DNA from: Candidatus Falkowbacteria bacterium | GTDB taxonomy: Bacteria; Patescibacteriota; Patescibacteriia; Patescibacteriales; GWE2-39-37 | DNA: 64,000 bases | Direction of reading: 5' to 3' | Assembly (NCBI GenBank): GCA_013336275.1 | Contig: JAAXUA010000001.1 | Span: forward strand, 206,167-270,166 | Shown: piece by piece, positions 20,003 through 30,043 of the stretch | How the letters are laid out: each line of letters opens with the position of its first letter | Numbering within the stretch: the first letter of the stretch is position 1 | Made by a program: the position numbers and the translations under genes | The notes under the pieces: model-generated | Told to the model about the DNA's origin: nothing | The model's input: only the letters and a program-made list of their open reading frames with translations | The model's database searches: none

Positions 20003-21142
20003 ATGAAAATATTGATATTGAACAATTTATACCGACCATTCGCCCGCGGCGGTGCCGAACGTATCGTTGAAATGACAGCTGCTGAGCTGACATCTCAGGG
20101 TCACAAAACCTTAGTCGCAACCACACTGCCGCTGGGCCGAAAGGGTCCGTCGACTAATGGCGTTGCCTACTACCGCGGACTACCTTCTTTGTTTTATTTT
20201 TTTGATAAGCTGCCCAAGACAGCCCGGCTCATCATGCACTTGCTCGGATACCTGGATTTTTGCACCTATCGGCAGACCAGGAGATTCATCAACGATTTCA
20301 AACCTGATCTGATCATTTCCAATAATCTGATCGGTATCGGCTTAGTTTCCGCGCGTGCGATCAGGCGCAGCGGCATCAAGCACGTCCACGTCTTGCACGA
20401 CATCCAGTTGCTTCACCCCTCTGGCCTTTTGATGTGGGGTAATGAAGGCTTGATTTCGACCTGGACCGCCAACAGATACCATAGGCTCAATCAGGCGGCT
20501 TTGCATGGCGCAAATCTCGTTGTTTCGCCGTCGCGATGGCTGCTCGACCTTCATCTGAAACACGGCTTCTTCAAGAATTCCGCAACGGTGACCATACCTA
20601 ACCCGATTGACTTCAAGACATCAGCGACATCAAGGACAAGGGCTTCAGAAACAACCGATTGCCTGTACGTCGGCCAGCTAGAGACGCACAAAGGCATAGG
20701 CTTGCTATTAGAGGCCTTTGCCGAGCTTCCGAGAACTTTTCGCTTGAATATAGCCGGTAGCGGCTCACAAAAGCGTGAAGTGATAGCAGCGGCCGAGCAG
20801 GACGACCGTATCATCTTCTTGGGGCGCCTGACTCCTGAACAAGTCTCATCCGAGATGGAGCGCAGTTCGCTTTTGGTCGTACCGTCGCTCTGTTACGAGA
20901 ACTCGCCGACAGTGATTTATGAGGCCATGTCACACGGTCTGCCGGTCATCGCAGCTGATATCGGCGGCATCCCTGAATTAATCGCAGATAAAGAAAATCT
21001 TTTCGAACCTGGCAATAAGCAAGCGCTCATCACTGCCATAACTGGCGATTACCAGCACCGCCAAAGGCTGCCCGACGGCAAAGCCTTATCCGCCAAACAA
21101 TACATCAGCGCACTCTTGGACATGATAAAAGCCCTCGACTAG
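20003..21142 (+). CDS. Glycosyltransferase family 4
   Basis: GGAE, GQLETHKG, PSLCYENSPTVIYEAMSHG. Confidence 0.92.
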   Translation: MKILILNNLYRPFARGGAERIVEMTAAELTSQGHKTLVATTLPLGRKGPSTNGVAYYRGLPSLFYFFDKLPKTARLIMHLLGYLDFCTYRQTRRFINDFKPDLIISNNLIGIGLVSARAIRRSGIKHVHVLHDIQLLHPSGLLMWGNEGLISTWTANRYHRLNQAALHGANLVVSPSRWLLDLHLKHGFFKNSATVTIPNPIDFKTSATSRTRASETTDCLYVGQLETHKGIGLLLEAFAELPRTFRLNIAGSGSQKREVIAAAEQDDRIIFLGRLTPEQVSSEMERSSLLVVPSLCYENSPTVIYEAMSHGLPVIAADIGGIPELIADKENLFEPGNKQALITAITGDYQHRQRLPDGKALSAKQYISALLDMIKALD

Positions 21143-21152
21143 AGGGCTTTTT
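21127..21152. terminator. Bidirectional terminator between convergent genes
   Basis: aaaagccctc-gacta-gagggctttt. Confidence 0.7.
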
Positions 21153-21162
21153 AGATTTCTAT

Positions 21163-23076
21163 CTAGAATTCGTATTTGAAGACGACCGTTTCATTCTCGC
21201 CGAAAGGACGCCATTCGTCGGCCGCAGCCTTAGCCTCATCCATAACCTTAGGGAAAGCATACCAGTACTTGTTCAGTACGAAATATACGGTTTTCACGCC
21301 GGTCATTTCTGCCGCCTCACGGGCAGTCTCTTTGGCCGGTTTTTCGTAAACCATCTTAAGATAAGTCTGGTATAACGGGCTGGCAGTCGGCACCGGATAG
21401 TAAAATAGATCGTTGTAATAATGGGCGAAGCCGAACTCCCGCAATGCTGCCGCGCTGACTTGCTGATTAGCCAAGACGATATATGGCACTTGTGAATCTT
21501 GATCGATCCATCTAGCTGCTTCGATGTCGAACTTACCCACAGAGTAGCCGCGGCTATTGGCGTAACGATCAAGGCGAGGGTAGCTCAGATAAAAAACGGC
21601 GGTCAAGCACCCGGCCAGAAAAACCAGCCAAGGTCCCTTGGTCGGCATGCTGGCTGCACTCAGATTGACAAACAAGCGCTCAAGCGGCTTCAGAATGAGG
21701 GGCAGGGAAAATATCAAGGCCACCGTCAAAAGGCGGGCAGCATAATCATCGCGTTCGTAGCCGATAAGGAAATTGAACGGAAGCAGCTTGGTCAGCCAGT
21801 GCGCGAGCAAGAAGGCACCGGCCAAAGCCGTGGCCGCTTTCTGTTCTTGATAAAAAGCCGCGGATTCCTTGCGCCAAGCGAACCCGACGCTGACTAAAAC
21901 CAGAATTATCCAATACCAATTATTGCCAATAAGGTAGAGCGAATTCCAGCCGATCAATTCCTGATCAGGCAAGGACATGATGCTGTTGGGCAGCCAATCG
22001 GGCCAGGCAAAGGCCAAGGCGTTCATATCAAGCTTTTCTAAGCCGGCAAAGGCCAGCGGCAAGCCGAAGATGGAAAGGGCGAGCAAGACGCGGTGCGCCA
22101 ATTCGCTTCGCTTGAGCTTTAGAAAATCAACGGCTCGCCAAACGGTCAAAATCACTGCCGGGAGACCAGCGATTGGCTGGATTATGACCGCTGCGCATGA
22201 CAAAACGCCAGACGTGATCAAATCGAACCTGTCAGGGCGCCAAGACATGGCAAGAACGATAATCAAAAACAGATAAGCCAGGTTCTGCGGCGTAGTGAAT
22301 GTCAGCACGCCATATGGCAGGACTAGCAGGGCCAATGCCAGCAAGCGATGGCTTGATTTCAACTCCATCTTCTCAAACCAGCGCAGCACGACTGCCGGCA
22401 GCAACAACGCCGAAAGCAGAGGCACCAACAACAAGTGTACCCAATAGAGCGGGAGACCGATGAGCCGATGCAGCATCATGATCAGTCCGTATTGCCCAGC
22501 ATAGTAATTCGATTTGGGTAAGACAAGCCCGGCCTTATCGATCAACTCGAGGGTGGCCTGATGGACGAAAAAATCATAGCCATAACCGAGACGGTAGACA
22601 AAAATGATAATGGAAAAAGACAGGGCATAATGCAGTGCTATTAGCGGTGCCTGATATGACCTGGAGTTGCCGAAATGGACCAGCAGTGCCAGGCTAGCTA
22701 GGAAATATGCGCCCAGGATCCAAAGCGAGACTGCTTGCCAGGGCGAGACGATCGAATCCGAGGTGCCAGAGCGCACCAACAGAATAATTGCTAACAGCCA
22801 GAAGGCCAAGAAGGCGGAGGCATAGGGATGAAATCCGATCCTGAAATAACGATTACCCTCGGTTGGACCCCAAAACGGCTCGATTAGTTTAAGATTGAAT
22901 TTTTGGCCAAAATACCATAAAATAATGAAGAATAGAGCGGTCAGGACTAGCGAGAAAGCTATACCGGCCCAATTCAGGGCATAAAAACGATAAACCAGCC
23001 CGCTTGAGAGGGAAATGACCCCCAAAAGCAGGATAAATGGCTTGATATGCAGATTTATGATAAGCCTCAAAAACAT
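21163..23076 (-). CDS. Polytopic membrane protein, possible GT-C glycosyltransferase
   Basis: More than 12 TM segments, YGYDFFVHQA loop, soluble C-terminal domain; start placed at ATG 23076. Confidence 0.7.
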   Translation of the reverse strand: MFLRLIINLHIKPFILLLGVISLSSGLVYRFYALNWAGIAFSLVLTALFFIILWYFGQKFNLKLIEPFWGPTEGNRYFRIGFHPYASAFLAFWLLAIILLVRSGTSDSIVSPWQAVSLWILGAYFLASLALLVHFGNSRSYQAPLIALHYALSFSIIIFVYRLGYGYDFFVHQATLELIDKAGLVLPKSNYYAGQYGLIMMLHRLIGLPLYWVHLLLVPLLSALLLPAVVLRWFEKMELKSSHRLLALALLVLPYGVLTFTTPQNLAYLFLIIVLAMSWRPDRFDLITSGVLSCAAVIIQPIAGLPAVILTVWRAVDFLKLKRSELAHRVLLALSIFGLPLAFAGLEKLDMNALAFAWPDWLPNSIMSLPDQELIGWNSLYLIGNNWYWIILVLVSVGFAWRKESAAFYQEQKAATALAGAFLLAHWLTKLLPFNFLIGYERDDYAARLLTVALIFSLPLILKPLERLFVNLSAASMPTKGPWLVFLAGCLTAVFYLSYPRLDRYANSRGYSVGKFDIEAARWIDQDSQVPYIVLANQQVSAAALREFGFAHYYNDLFYYPVPTASPLYQTYLKMVYEKPAKETAREAAEMTGVKTVYFVLNKYWYAFPKVMDEAKAAADEWRPFGENETVVFKYEF

Positions 23077-23100
23077 ACTATAATCATTGTAGTTTAATAA

Positions 23101-24813
23101 ATGGAAATTGAGCAAGCCAAAAAACCAGGTCGTTTCTTGAAAATCGGCAAACAAGAGCTGTTCGTGTTCTTTTTGGCGGCAGTGTTCTTTTTGGCGGCTA
23201 GCTTATTCAATTTCAGCACCCAATCACCCAGCTTCACCAAATGGCTTTCGCCTGACGAAACAGCGAACTATGCCTTTACCAAGAACTTCGCCCTGACCGG
23301 ACGGTTGAGCATCAGGGAACCATTAAACCCGCAGGTCGAGGGCATCATCCACCCTCGGAGCATGATGGTTGCCGGAGACGAGCTGAAACCGATGAGTTTT
23401 CTCGGCATCATTATCTTGTACGGTACTTTTGCCCGGTGGACTGACATCGCAGTCATTCCTTTCCTGACACCGCTGTTCGGCGCTATCGGACTCATAGTCT
23501 TTTACTTTCTGACCAAGCGTCTATTTGACCGACGCACCGCCTTGATCGCGGCCAGCGTCCTTACATTTTTCCCCCCTTATTTCTACTACTCCAGCCGAAG
23601 CATGTTCCATAACATACCATTTATCGTTTTTGCGCTTTCGGGCATGCTCTTTGCTGTGGCCATGAATCAGAAAACCAGGTTCGAGTGGGTTCAAAAATTC
23701 ATTTACCCCGCACTTGCCGGCTTATTCTTCGGCTTAGCAGTCATAACCCGCACCTCCGAACTGCTTTGGCTCGGACCAACCCTCGTCATCCTTTGGCTTT
23801 TAAACATCAAGAAGGTCGGCTTCACCAAGCTTTTGGTCTTTCTGGCTTTTCTGGGCATCGGCCTTTTGCCCTCGGCTTACTACAGCCAAGTCCTGCACGG
23901 CTCGCCGCTCGCAACCGGTTATCCGCAGATGAATAGCTCGCTTGCCCAGTTGGGCCAGACCAGCAGCCAGCTCATCACCAGCGGCATTACTGAAACCAGC
24001 CTTTGGCAGAAGATACGGGACCTGATCTTCTACTTCGGCTTCAATCCGAAACAGACAGTTAAAATGACTTATAACTACTTTTACTCTATGTTCGGCTGGC
24101 TTTTCTGGGGCGCAGTGCTCGGCTTGACGATTTTCCTCGTGCAGTTCAGGAAGATCCGAAAGCGCGGACTGCTTTTCGTGCTAGCCTTCACCATGTTCAG
24201 TGTCGTGCTTTTGCTCTATTATGGCAGCTGGGAATTCCACGACAATCCCGACCCGACCAAATCGACGATCGGCAACTCCTACACGCGCTATTGGCTTCCT
24301 GTCTACTTAGGGTCGATCATCTTAGCCTCATTAGGAGTTAACCGGCTCAGCCGTCTATTCAAAAGCCAAAACCTGCGCCACGCTTTTCGCTTTCTGGTTA
24401 TCGGCATCTTCATGCTTTGGGGCATCACCTTCTCGCTGACAGGGAGGGATGAAGGCCTGATTGAATCGTATTACAAGCAGAAGCTGAGCCAAGAGGAATG
24501 GCGCCAAGTCTTGGCCGTGACCGAAAGCGACGCCGTGATCATAACTAAATATCACGACAAACTTTTCTTTCCGGAACGCAAAGTCATCTACGGACTTTTT
24601 GACGATGATAATATGAACCGCACTTACGCCAAGCTCGTCAAGCTGGCTCCGACATATTATTATAACTTCACCTTCCCGGAAAAGGCTCTGGATTATCTTA
24701 ATCGCAGCAAGTTGGCCAAATCCGGACTCCACATCAGGAAAGTAAAAACCATGAACCCGACATTCACCTTATATAAACTTGAATCAGCAAAACAATCTTA
24801 TGCCAAATACTAA
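23101..24813 (+). CDS. GT-C (PMT/ArnT-like) membrane glycosyltransferase
   Basis: SPDE acidic motif after first TM, many TMs, TRYWLP motif. Confidence 0.8.
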   Translation: MEIEQAKKPGRFLKIGKQELFVFFLAAVFFLAASLFNFSTQSPSFTKWLSPDETANYAFTKNFALTGRLSIREPLNPQVEGIIHPRSMMVAGDELKPMSFLGIIILYGTFARWTDIAVIPFLTPLFGAIGLIVFYFLTKRLFDRRTALIAASVLTFFPPYFYYSSRSMFHNIPFIVFALSGMLFAVAMNQKTRFEWVQKFIYPALAGLFFGLAVITRTSELLWLGPTLVILWLLNIKKVGFTKLLVFLAFLGIGLLPSAYYSQVLHGSPLATGYPQMNSSLAQLGQTSSQLITSGITETSLWQKIRDLIFYFGFNPKQTVKMTYNYFYSMFGWLFWGAVLGLTIFLVQFRKIRKRGLLFVLAFTMFSVVLLLYYGSWEFHDNPDPTKSTIGNSYTRYWLPVYLGSIILASLGVNRLSRLFKSQNLRHAFRFLVIGIFMLWGITFSLTGRDEGLIESYYKQKLSQEEWRQVLAVTESDAVIITKYHDKLFFPERKVIYGLFDDDNMNRTYAKLVKLAPTYYYNFTFPEKALDYLNRSKLAKSGLHIRKVKTMNPTFTLYKLESAKQSYAKY

Positions 24814-25978
24814 ACGGATCGGCATCGACGCCAGGTTTTACGGCCCCATCGGCAAGGGCCTCGGCCGCTACACCCAAGAGGTGGTGGACAACATCATCCG
24901 ATTGGATACAGAGAACGAATATGTGATCTTCTTGCGACGCGAAAATTTCGATGAGCTCAATCTTGATAATTTTCCGCGAGCCAGCAAAGTTTTGGCCGAG
25001 ATTCGTTGGTACACTTTAGCCGAGCAGCTGATTATGCCATGGCTCATCTACAAGCAAAAGCTAGACTTGATCCACTTTCCGCACTTCAATGTGCCGATCT
25101 TGTGTCCGACCAGATTAGTCGTGACTATCCATGACTTGATTCTCATTAACTTTCCTACCAAGAAGGCGACCACCCTTGGGCCGCTGACGTATTTCATCAA
25201 GAACCTCGGTTACCGCTTGACGATTTGGCTAGCCCTAATGCGCGCCAAGTCCATTATCGCTGTCTCGCAATTTACCAAAGACGATATCGTCAAGCACTTC
25301 GGCGTCAAGCCCGAGAAGATCGTTGTCACCTACGAAGGCGTAGCCGACTTCGCACAAAGCGAATTAGCATCTGCCCAGGCTTCGTCGGAGCAAAGCCAGA
25401 CCTTGATCAAATACCGCATCAATCGCCCATATATCCTCTACGTCGGCAATGCCTACCCTCACAAGAATCTTGAACAGCTGCTTAACGTCTTCAACAGCTT
25501 GCTCAAGACACGCCCCAATCTGCAGCTAGTCCTCGTCGGCAAAGAAGACCATTTTTACAGCAAGATCAAACAACAGGCCAAAGAGTTGCAGCTGACCATC
25601 CCAGGCAAGAGCAGCCCGGTAATTTTCACCGACTATGTCGACGACCGTGAGTTGGCCGAGCTTTATTCCCATGCCACCCTCTACGTCTTCGCCTCTTTCT
25701 ATGAAGGCTTCGGCTTGCCGCCGCTTGAGGCTATGGCCAAGGGCTTGGCTGTTGCCAGTTCGAACACCACCAGCATGCCGGAAGTGCTGGGAGATGCAGC
25801 AGTCTACTTCGATCCGCGCGACACGACAGACATCCAAAACAAGATCAGCTCGCTGCTTGACGATCAGGAGCTGAGAAAAAAGCTTGTTGACAAGGGTTAT
25901 GCCCAGATCAAGAAGTATAGCTGGAACACTTGCGCGCAGCAGACATTGCTGGTTTACCGCGAAAATCTGAAGTCATAA
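24800..25978 (+). CDS. Glycosyltransferase family 4
   Basis: RIGIDARF, GNAYPHKN, SFYEGFGLPPLEAMA. Confidence 0.92.
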   Translation: MPNTKRIGIDARFYGPIGKGLGRYTQEVVDNIIRLDTENEYVIFLRRENFDELNLDNFPRASKVLAEIRWYTLAEQLIMPWLIYKQKLDLIHFPHFNVPILCPTRLVVTIHDLILINFPTKKATTLGPLTYFIKNLGYRLTIWLALMRAKSIIAVSQFTKDDIVKHFGVKPEKIVVTYEGVADFAQSELASAQASSEQSQTLIKYRINRPYILYVGNAYPHKNLEQLLNVFNSLLKTRPNLQLVLVGKEDHFYSKIKQQAKELQLTIPGKSSPVIFTDYVDDRELAELYSHATLYVFASFYEGFGLPPLEAMAKGLAVASSNTTSMPEVLGDAAVYFDPRDTTDIQNKISSLLDDQELRKKLVDKGYAQIKKYSWNTCAQQTLLVYRENLKS

Positions 25979-26020
25979 ATTGTTTGGTTATTTTTTGTCG
26001 TTCGTGGTATAATAACGACC

Positions 26021-27394
26021 ATGAATGATGAAATAAATCACTGGGAAATTGAGGTGCGCAATCGGCAGCATTACGTTTCAACGAACCCCGAATTGGCCCA
26101 CTCTTCCGCCTACTTCAACCTGTCGACCTTCGAAAAGGGAATCGGCATTTCCAACATTGCCGACAACCGGATTACCGCATACTGGCCCTTGGATTTTTCC
26201 GACTACTGCATAGAAGAACACCTCTCTGACGGCCGCATCGCCCGCCTCGACAACCATACCGGCTCTTCAGCCGCAGATGGAGATTTCATCGTGCTTCAGG
26301 TGATATCTGCTGCCGGCACCCCAGCAATCATCAATTGGCTCAAGCAAGGATTGGCAGTCGAGTCCTCGGAGGTCGGTTACGCCAGCAGCAAAGAGCCTGG
26401 ACTTATTACTAGCCAATTTTTCAGCTTGCCAGCCAGGGTCGCCCAACAACTGGCCTCTTTACCGGCACCGACCGGCTTTAGCGCAATCATAGCCGAAACT
26501 TCCTATTCCGCCGAAGCCATCTCACCGGCAAAACTCAAAGGCAACACCCACACGCTGCTTCTGCGGACACAGGAAGCATTTGAAAATGACCTCCTCGGCT
26601 TAAAGGCTGAAATATTGGCCAAATACGGCGCTTTGAATTATTTTCCGCCGAAGCGATTCGGCCGACGGCACAACTCACACCTTTTGGGCAAGCTCGTACT
26701 GTCGGAAAACTTCGAAGAAGCGATCAAGGACTTCCTTTGCCAGACCAGCCCGACCGAAGAACTTCTTCTTACACGATTGCGCGAAGTCGCCCTGTCTGGC
26801 TTTCCGAACTTCGAGAAGCTCGACAAGATCTTTTCCGTCCTTCCGGTAACTTTCTCCCACGAACTGGCTGTGATAAGATATCTCCATGACCACCCGGCCG
26901 ATTACGCCGGCGCCATCATCCAGATCAAGCATTTGGCCAAGCAATGGCTTTTCGCTTATGGCGCATATATTTTCAACACGAATCTGGGCGAAGCCTCGGG
27001 CATCAAGGGCATCATCAACGAACAACTGCCCTGGACCTTCAGCCCCGATACGGCGGACAAGCTCGTGTACCGGCGCTGTTTCGAACGCGACAACATCTTT
27101 AACGGTTTTGAAGTCAATTTCATCAAGGAACTTATTCCTGAACGCAAACAATTGATTCCTGGCAGGATTTTTCCCAAGGCCCTGACTTGCCGCGCCGTCG
27201 GCAAGGGCGTGGCCTTGTCGTTTTTTTTAGAAGGGACTATGCCAGCTGAAACCGTAGTGGCGAATCTTTTAAATTTCACTTCCGTTACGCCTCGCCCAGA
27301 CTGGGTCGACGTTTCCAGATTCGACGCTAAGAAGATGCTTGATCAAGGAAGCGTCGCCGATATAGCTTTAAGACTTTCACCTCAAAATGCCTAA
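26021..27394 (+). CDS. TruD (tRNA pseudouridine-13 synthase)-like protein with degenerate catalytic motif
   Basis: TruD motif order retained: DFSDYCIEE, GYASSKEPGLITSQ, LKGNTHTLLLR, NYFPPKRFG, AYGAYIFN, LSFFLEG. Confidence 0.7.
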   Translation: MNDEINHWEIEVRNRQHYVSTNPELAHSSAYFNLSTFEKGIGISNIADNRITAYWPLDFSDYCIEEHLSDGRIARLDNHTGSSAADGDFIVLQVISAAGTPAIINWLKQGLAVESSEVGYASSKEPGLITSQFFSLPARVAQQLASLPAPTGFSAIIAETSYSAEAISPAKLKGNTHTLLLRTQEAFENDLLGLKAEILAKYGALNYFPPKRFGRRHNSHLLGKLVLSENFEEAIKDFLCQTSPTEELLLTRLREVALSGFPNFEKLDKIFSVLPVTFSHELAVIRYLHDHPADYAGAIIQIKHLAKQWLFAYGAYIFNTNLGEASGIKGIINEQLPWTFSPDTADKLVYRRCFERDNIFNGFEVNFIKELIPERKQLIPGRIFPKALTCRAVGKGVALSFFLEGTMPAETVVANLLNFTSVTPRPDWVDVSRFDAKKMLDQGSVADIALRLSPQNA

Positions 27395-29912
27395 GATAAG
27401 TTACAAGCCGCTGCCGAAATCGCAGCACGTCATCAACCTCAAAGACGAACTGGCTAAACGCCAGGATGCTTCTGCGAGCTCGAACTCCAACAAGCAGTGG
27501 AGCCGAGTCATGGCTAAGCCGGTGCAGATTTTTGACAGGCCGGCGGAACCGATCAAGTCAGAAGCCAGGCCAGCCAAAGAACGCAAGGTACCAAAGGAAC
27601 CCAAAGCAGAGAAGGCCATAAGGGAGCCGATAAAACTCGACCTCCGTCTTGAATTGAATTTGTGGCAGCACTTCTACAGTTTCTGCGTCATCCTAGGCAA
27701 ATCTATTTTCTCTATCGGCAAACTCTACTTCGCCCCAGTCTCTGCGGTCAAAAAAATATTCGCCGAAAAACCGAAGGCCGACCCGATCAAATCCGAGACA
27801 AGGGCAGACAAGAAAGAAACCAAGAAGCGGGTGAAAGTCGAACCGGCACCCGCCTTGCCCGCTCCAGCCCCTTCGCCGATCATCAGGATATCGCCCGTGC
27901 GCTCAGCTTTCGCTTTCACTGTCATCCTTCTGCTGCTCGCTGCTTTGCTCAAGGGCACGGTATTATTTGCTGCCGTCTCACAAGCTAAGGATAGGGTTGT
28001 ACGCAATGTGGCTGACAGCCTTTCAAGCCTGGCCGGCGCCAGCAAAGCCGCGGCTGACAAAGATTTTCTCAATGCTACTCGCTCGCTCTCCGAGGCCAAA
28101 CAAGGCTTCGTTGGGGCTCAACAGGAACTCTCATCCATCAATGACCTGCTTTTGAAGCTGGCCGGCGCAGCACCGAGCCCCGAACTCAAGCTGGCCGGCA
28201 ACAGCAAGGCTATACTCGCAGCTGCCGAGTCGGCATCGTCATTGGGGCAGAACCTGACCCAAGCCATCTCTTATTTCACCGCTGATTTTGCCAGCACGAC
28301 AGACCTCGCCGCCAAACTAGAAAATATCAATGTCCAAGCCAGGGCGGCGGCCGACAACTCACGTCTCTTAAACCAGGAACTGAACAGCATCGACATGCAA
28401 GCCATCCCCGACGGACTGCATAACCAATTCATTTTCATCCGCAATAAATCCAACGACCTCTACAAGAGCCTCGAGGAATTATCTAATCTTTCCGATGCCG
28501 CCAACCTTTTTCTCGGCCTCAACCAAGATCGCCGCTACCTCCTGATTTTTCAGAACAACGCCGAGGCCCGAGCGACCGGCGGCTTCTTCGGCAGCTTCGC
28601 CTTGATTGATTTCAGCAAAGGCAAAATCAAAAAAATCGAGACACCGGGCGGAGGCAGTTACGACACCGACGCTGGCCTGCGCGAACGCATCATCGCGCCA
28701 GAGCCGTTGCAGCTGGTCAACGCCCAGTGGCACTTCTGGGATTCTAACTGGTGGCCGGACTGGCCGACCTCGGCCAAGAAAATCGCCTGGTTCTATGAAA
28801 AATCAGCCGGCCCCTCGGTCGATGGCGTGATCAGCTTCACTCCGACCGTCATGGAGGAGCTCCTGCGAGCAGTAGGACCAATCGATATGACAGCGCAGTA
28901 CGGCGTCACCATCGATGCCGACAACTTTTGGGACGTGACCCAGGAATTTTCCGAACAAAAGCCGGACGTGACCAAGACGCCCAAGAAAATCATCGGCGAC
29001 CTGATGAACCAGCTCTTGGCCGAAATCCCAAAAAGGATGAACAAGGAGATCTCTCTCAAATTATTAGCATTAGCTGACAAGGAGCTGTCCGAACGGCAGA
29101 TCCTGCTTTATTTTTTCAATGACGAACTGGAGAACACGGTCCAGCGCTTCGGCTGGGATGGCCGGGTGAAGGCAACCAACTGGGATTACCTCTCCGTCAT
29201 CAATTCCAATATCGCCGGCGGCAAGAGCGATCGTCGCATCAGGCAGACTTTCACTCACAATGCTGTGCTGCAGCCCGATGGCACGATCATCGATGAAGTT
29301 AAGATCAAGCGCGAACACACTGCCGGCAACAGGGAACCTTTCGCCGGCGTCCGCAACGTCGACTGGATGCGTGTTTACGTACCGCACGGCAGCCAGCTTC
29401 TCGAGGCAACGGGATTCGAGACGCCATCGAGCACCTTCTTCGACAAGCCGGATGACACCTGGGAACACGACCCGAGTTTGGCTGCCGAAGAGCAAGCCCA
29501 GGTCGACCCCATGAGCGGCACCAAGATATATGACGAAGCAGGCAAGACGGTCTTTGCCAACTGGAGCATGATCGATCCGGGGCAGACCGAAGAAATCACC
29601 CTGCGCTACCGCCTGCCGTTCACTATCAAGAATGCAACAAAAGAACAAACCTGGCAGGACGAATTAGATAACTTCATGGGCTGGACTCAGGCCAATTATT
29701 ATCCCTATTCATTGCTGGTCCAGAAGCAGTCCGGCTCGCTTAACACCACCCTGATCAGCAAATTCGAGATACAGTCACCGACCGCAGGCCGGCCAAAGCT
29801 TAAGGTCGCACAGACCCAACCGAGATCGAGCGGTCAGACCACGATCGGCTGGAGCGGCGAGCAATCCCTCGACACTGATTATTACCAAGCAGCTTTTTTA
29901 ACTGATTATTAA
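27387..29912 (+). CDS. DUF4012 domain membrane-anchored protein (second paralog)
   Basis: YLLIFQNNAEARATGGFFG, WDSNWWPDWP, DGVISFTP. Confidence 0.85.
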   Translation: MPKISYKPLPKSQHVINLKDELAKRQDASASSNSNKQWSRVMAKPVQIFDRPAEPIKSEARPAKERKVPKEPKAEKAIREPIKLDLRLELNLWQHFYSFCVILGKSIFSIGKLYFAPVSAVKKIFAEKPKADPIKSETRADKKETKKRVKVEPAPALPAPAPSPIIRISPVRSAFAFTVILLLLAALLKGTVLFAAVSQAKDRVVRNVADSLSSLAGASKAAADKDFLNATRSLSEAKQGFVGAQQELSSINDLLLKLAGAAPSPELKLAGNSKAILAAAESASSLGQNLTQAISYFTADFASTTDLAAKLENINVQARAAADNSRLLNQELNSIDMQAIPDGLHNQFIFIRNKSNDLYKSLEELSNLSDAANLFLGLNQDRRYLLIFQNNAEARATGGFFGSFALIDFSKGKIKKIETPGGGSYDTDAGLRERIIAPEPLQLVNAQWHFWDSNWWPDWPTSAKKIAWFYEKSAGPSVDGVISFTPTVMEELLRAVGPIDMTAQYGVTIDADNFWDVTQEFSEQKPDVTKTPKKIIGDLMNQLLAEIPKRMNKEISLKLLALADKELSERQILLYFFNDELENTVQRFGWDGRVKATNWDYLSVINSNIAGGKSDRRIRQTFTHNAVLQPDGTIIDEVKIKREHTAGNREPFAGVRNVDWMRVYVPHGSQLLEATGFETPSSTFFDKPDDTWEHDPSLAAEEQAQVDPMSGTKIYDEAGKTVFANWSMIDPGQTEEITLRYRLPFTIKNATKEQTWQDELDNFMGWTQANYYPYSLLVQKQSGSLNTTLISKFEIQSPTAGRPKLKVAQTQPRSSGQTTIGWSGEQSLDTDYYQAAFLTDY

Positions 29913-29924
29913 ACAACGTTTGAA

Positions 29925-30000
29925 GCAAATCTTTTGAGAATTGATTTTATCGCGCATACGTACTCGTCTAAGCAGGAAAATTAATTCTCAAAAGATTTGC
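29925..30000. repeat. Hairpin element copy 1 (24-bp stem, conserved 28-nt loop)
   Basis: gcaaatcttttgagaattgatttt-[atcgcgcatacgtactcgtctaagcagg]-aaaattaattctcaaaagatttgc; one G-T pair. Confidence 0.9.
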
Positions 30001-30043
30001 CAGCGACCATTCCATAGAAGCAATTAAAAATCTCAAATACCAT

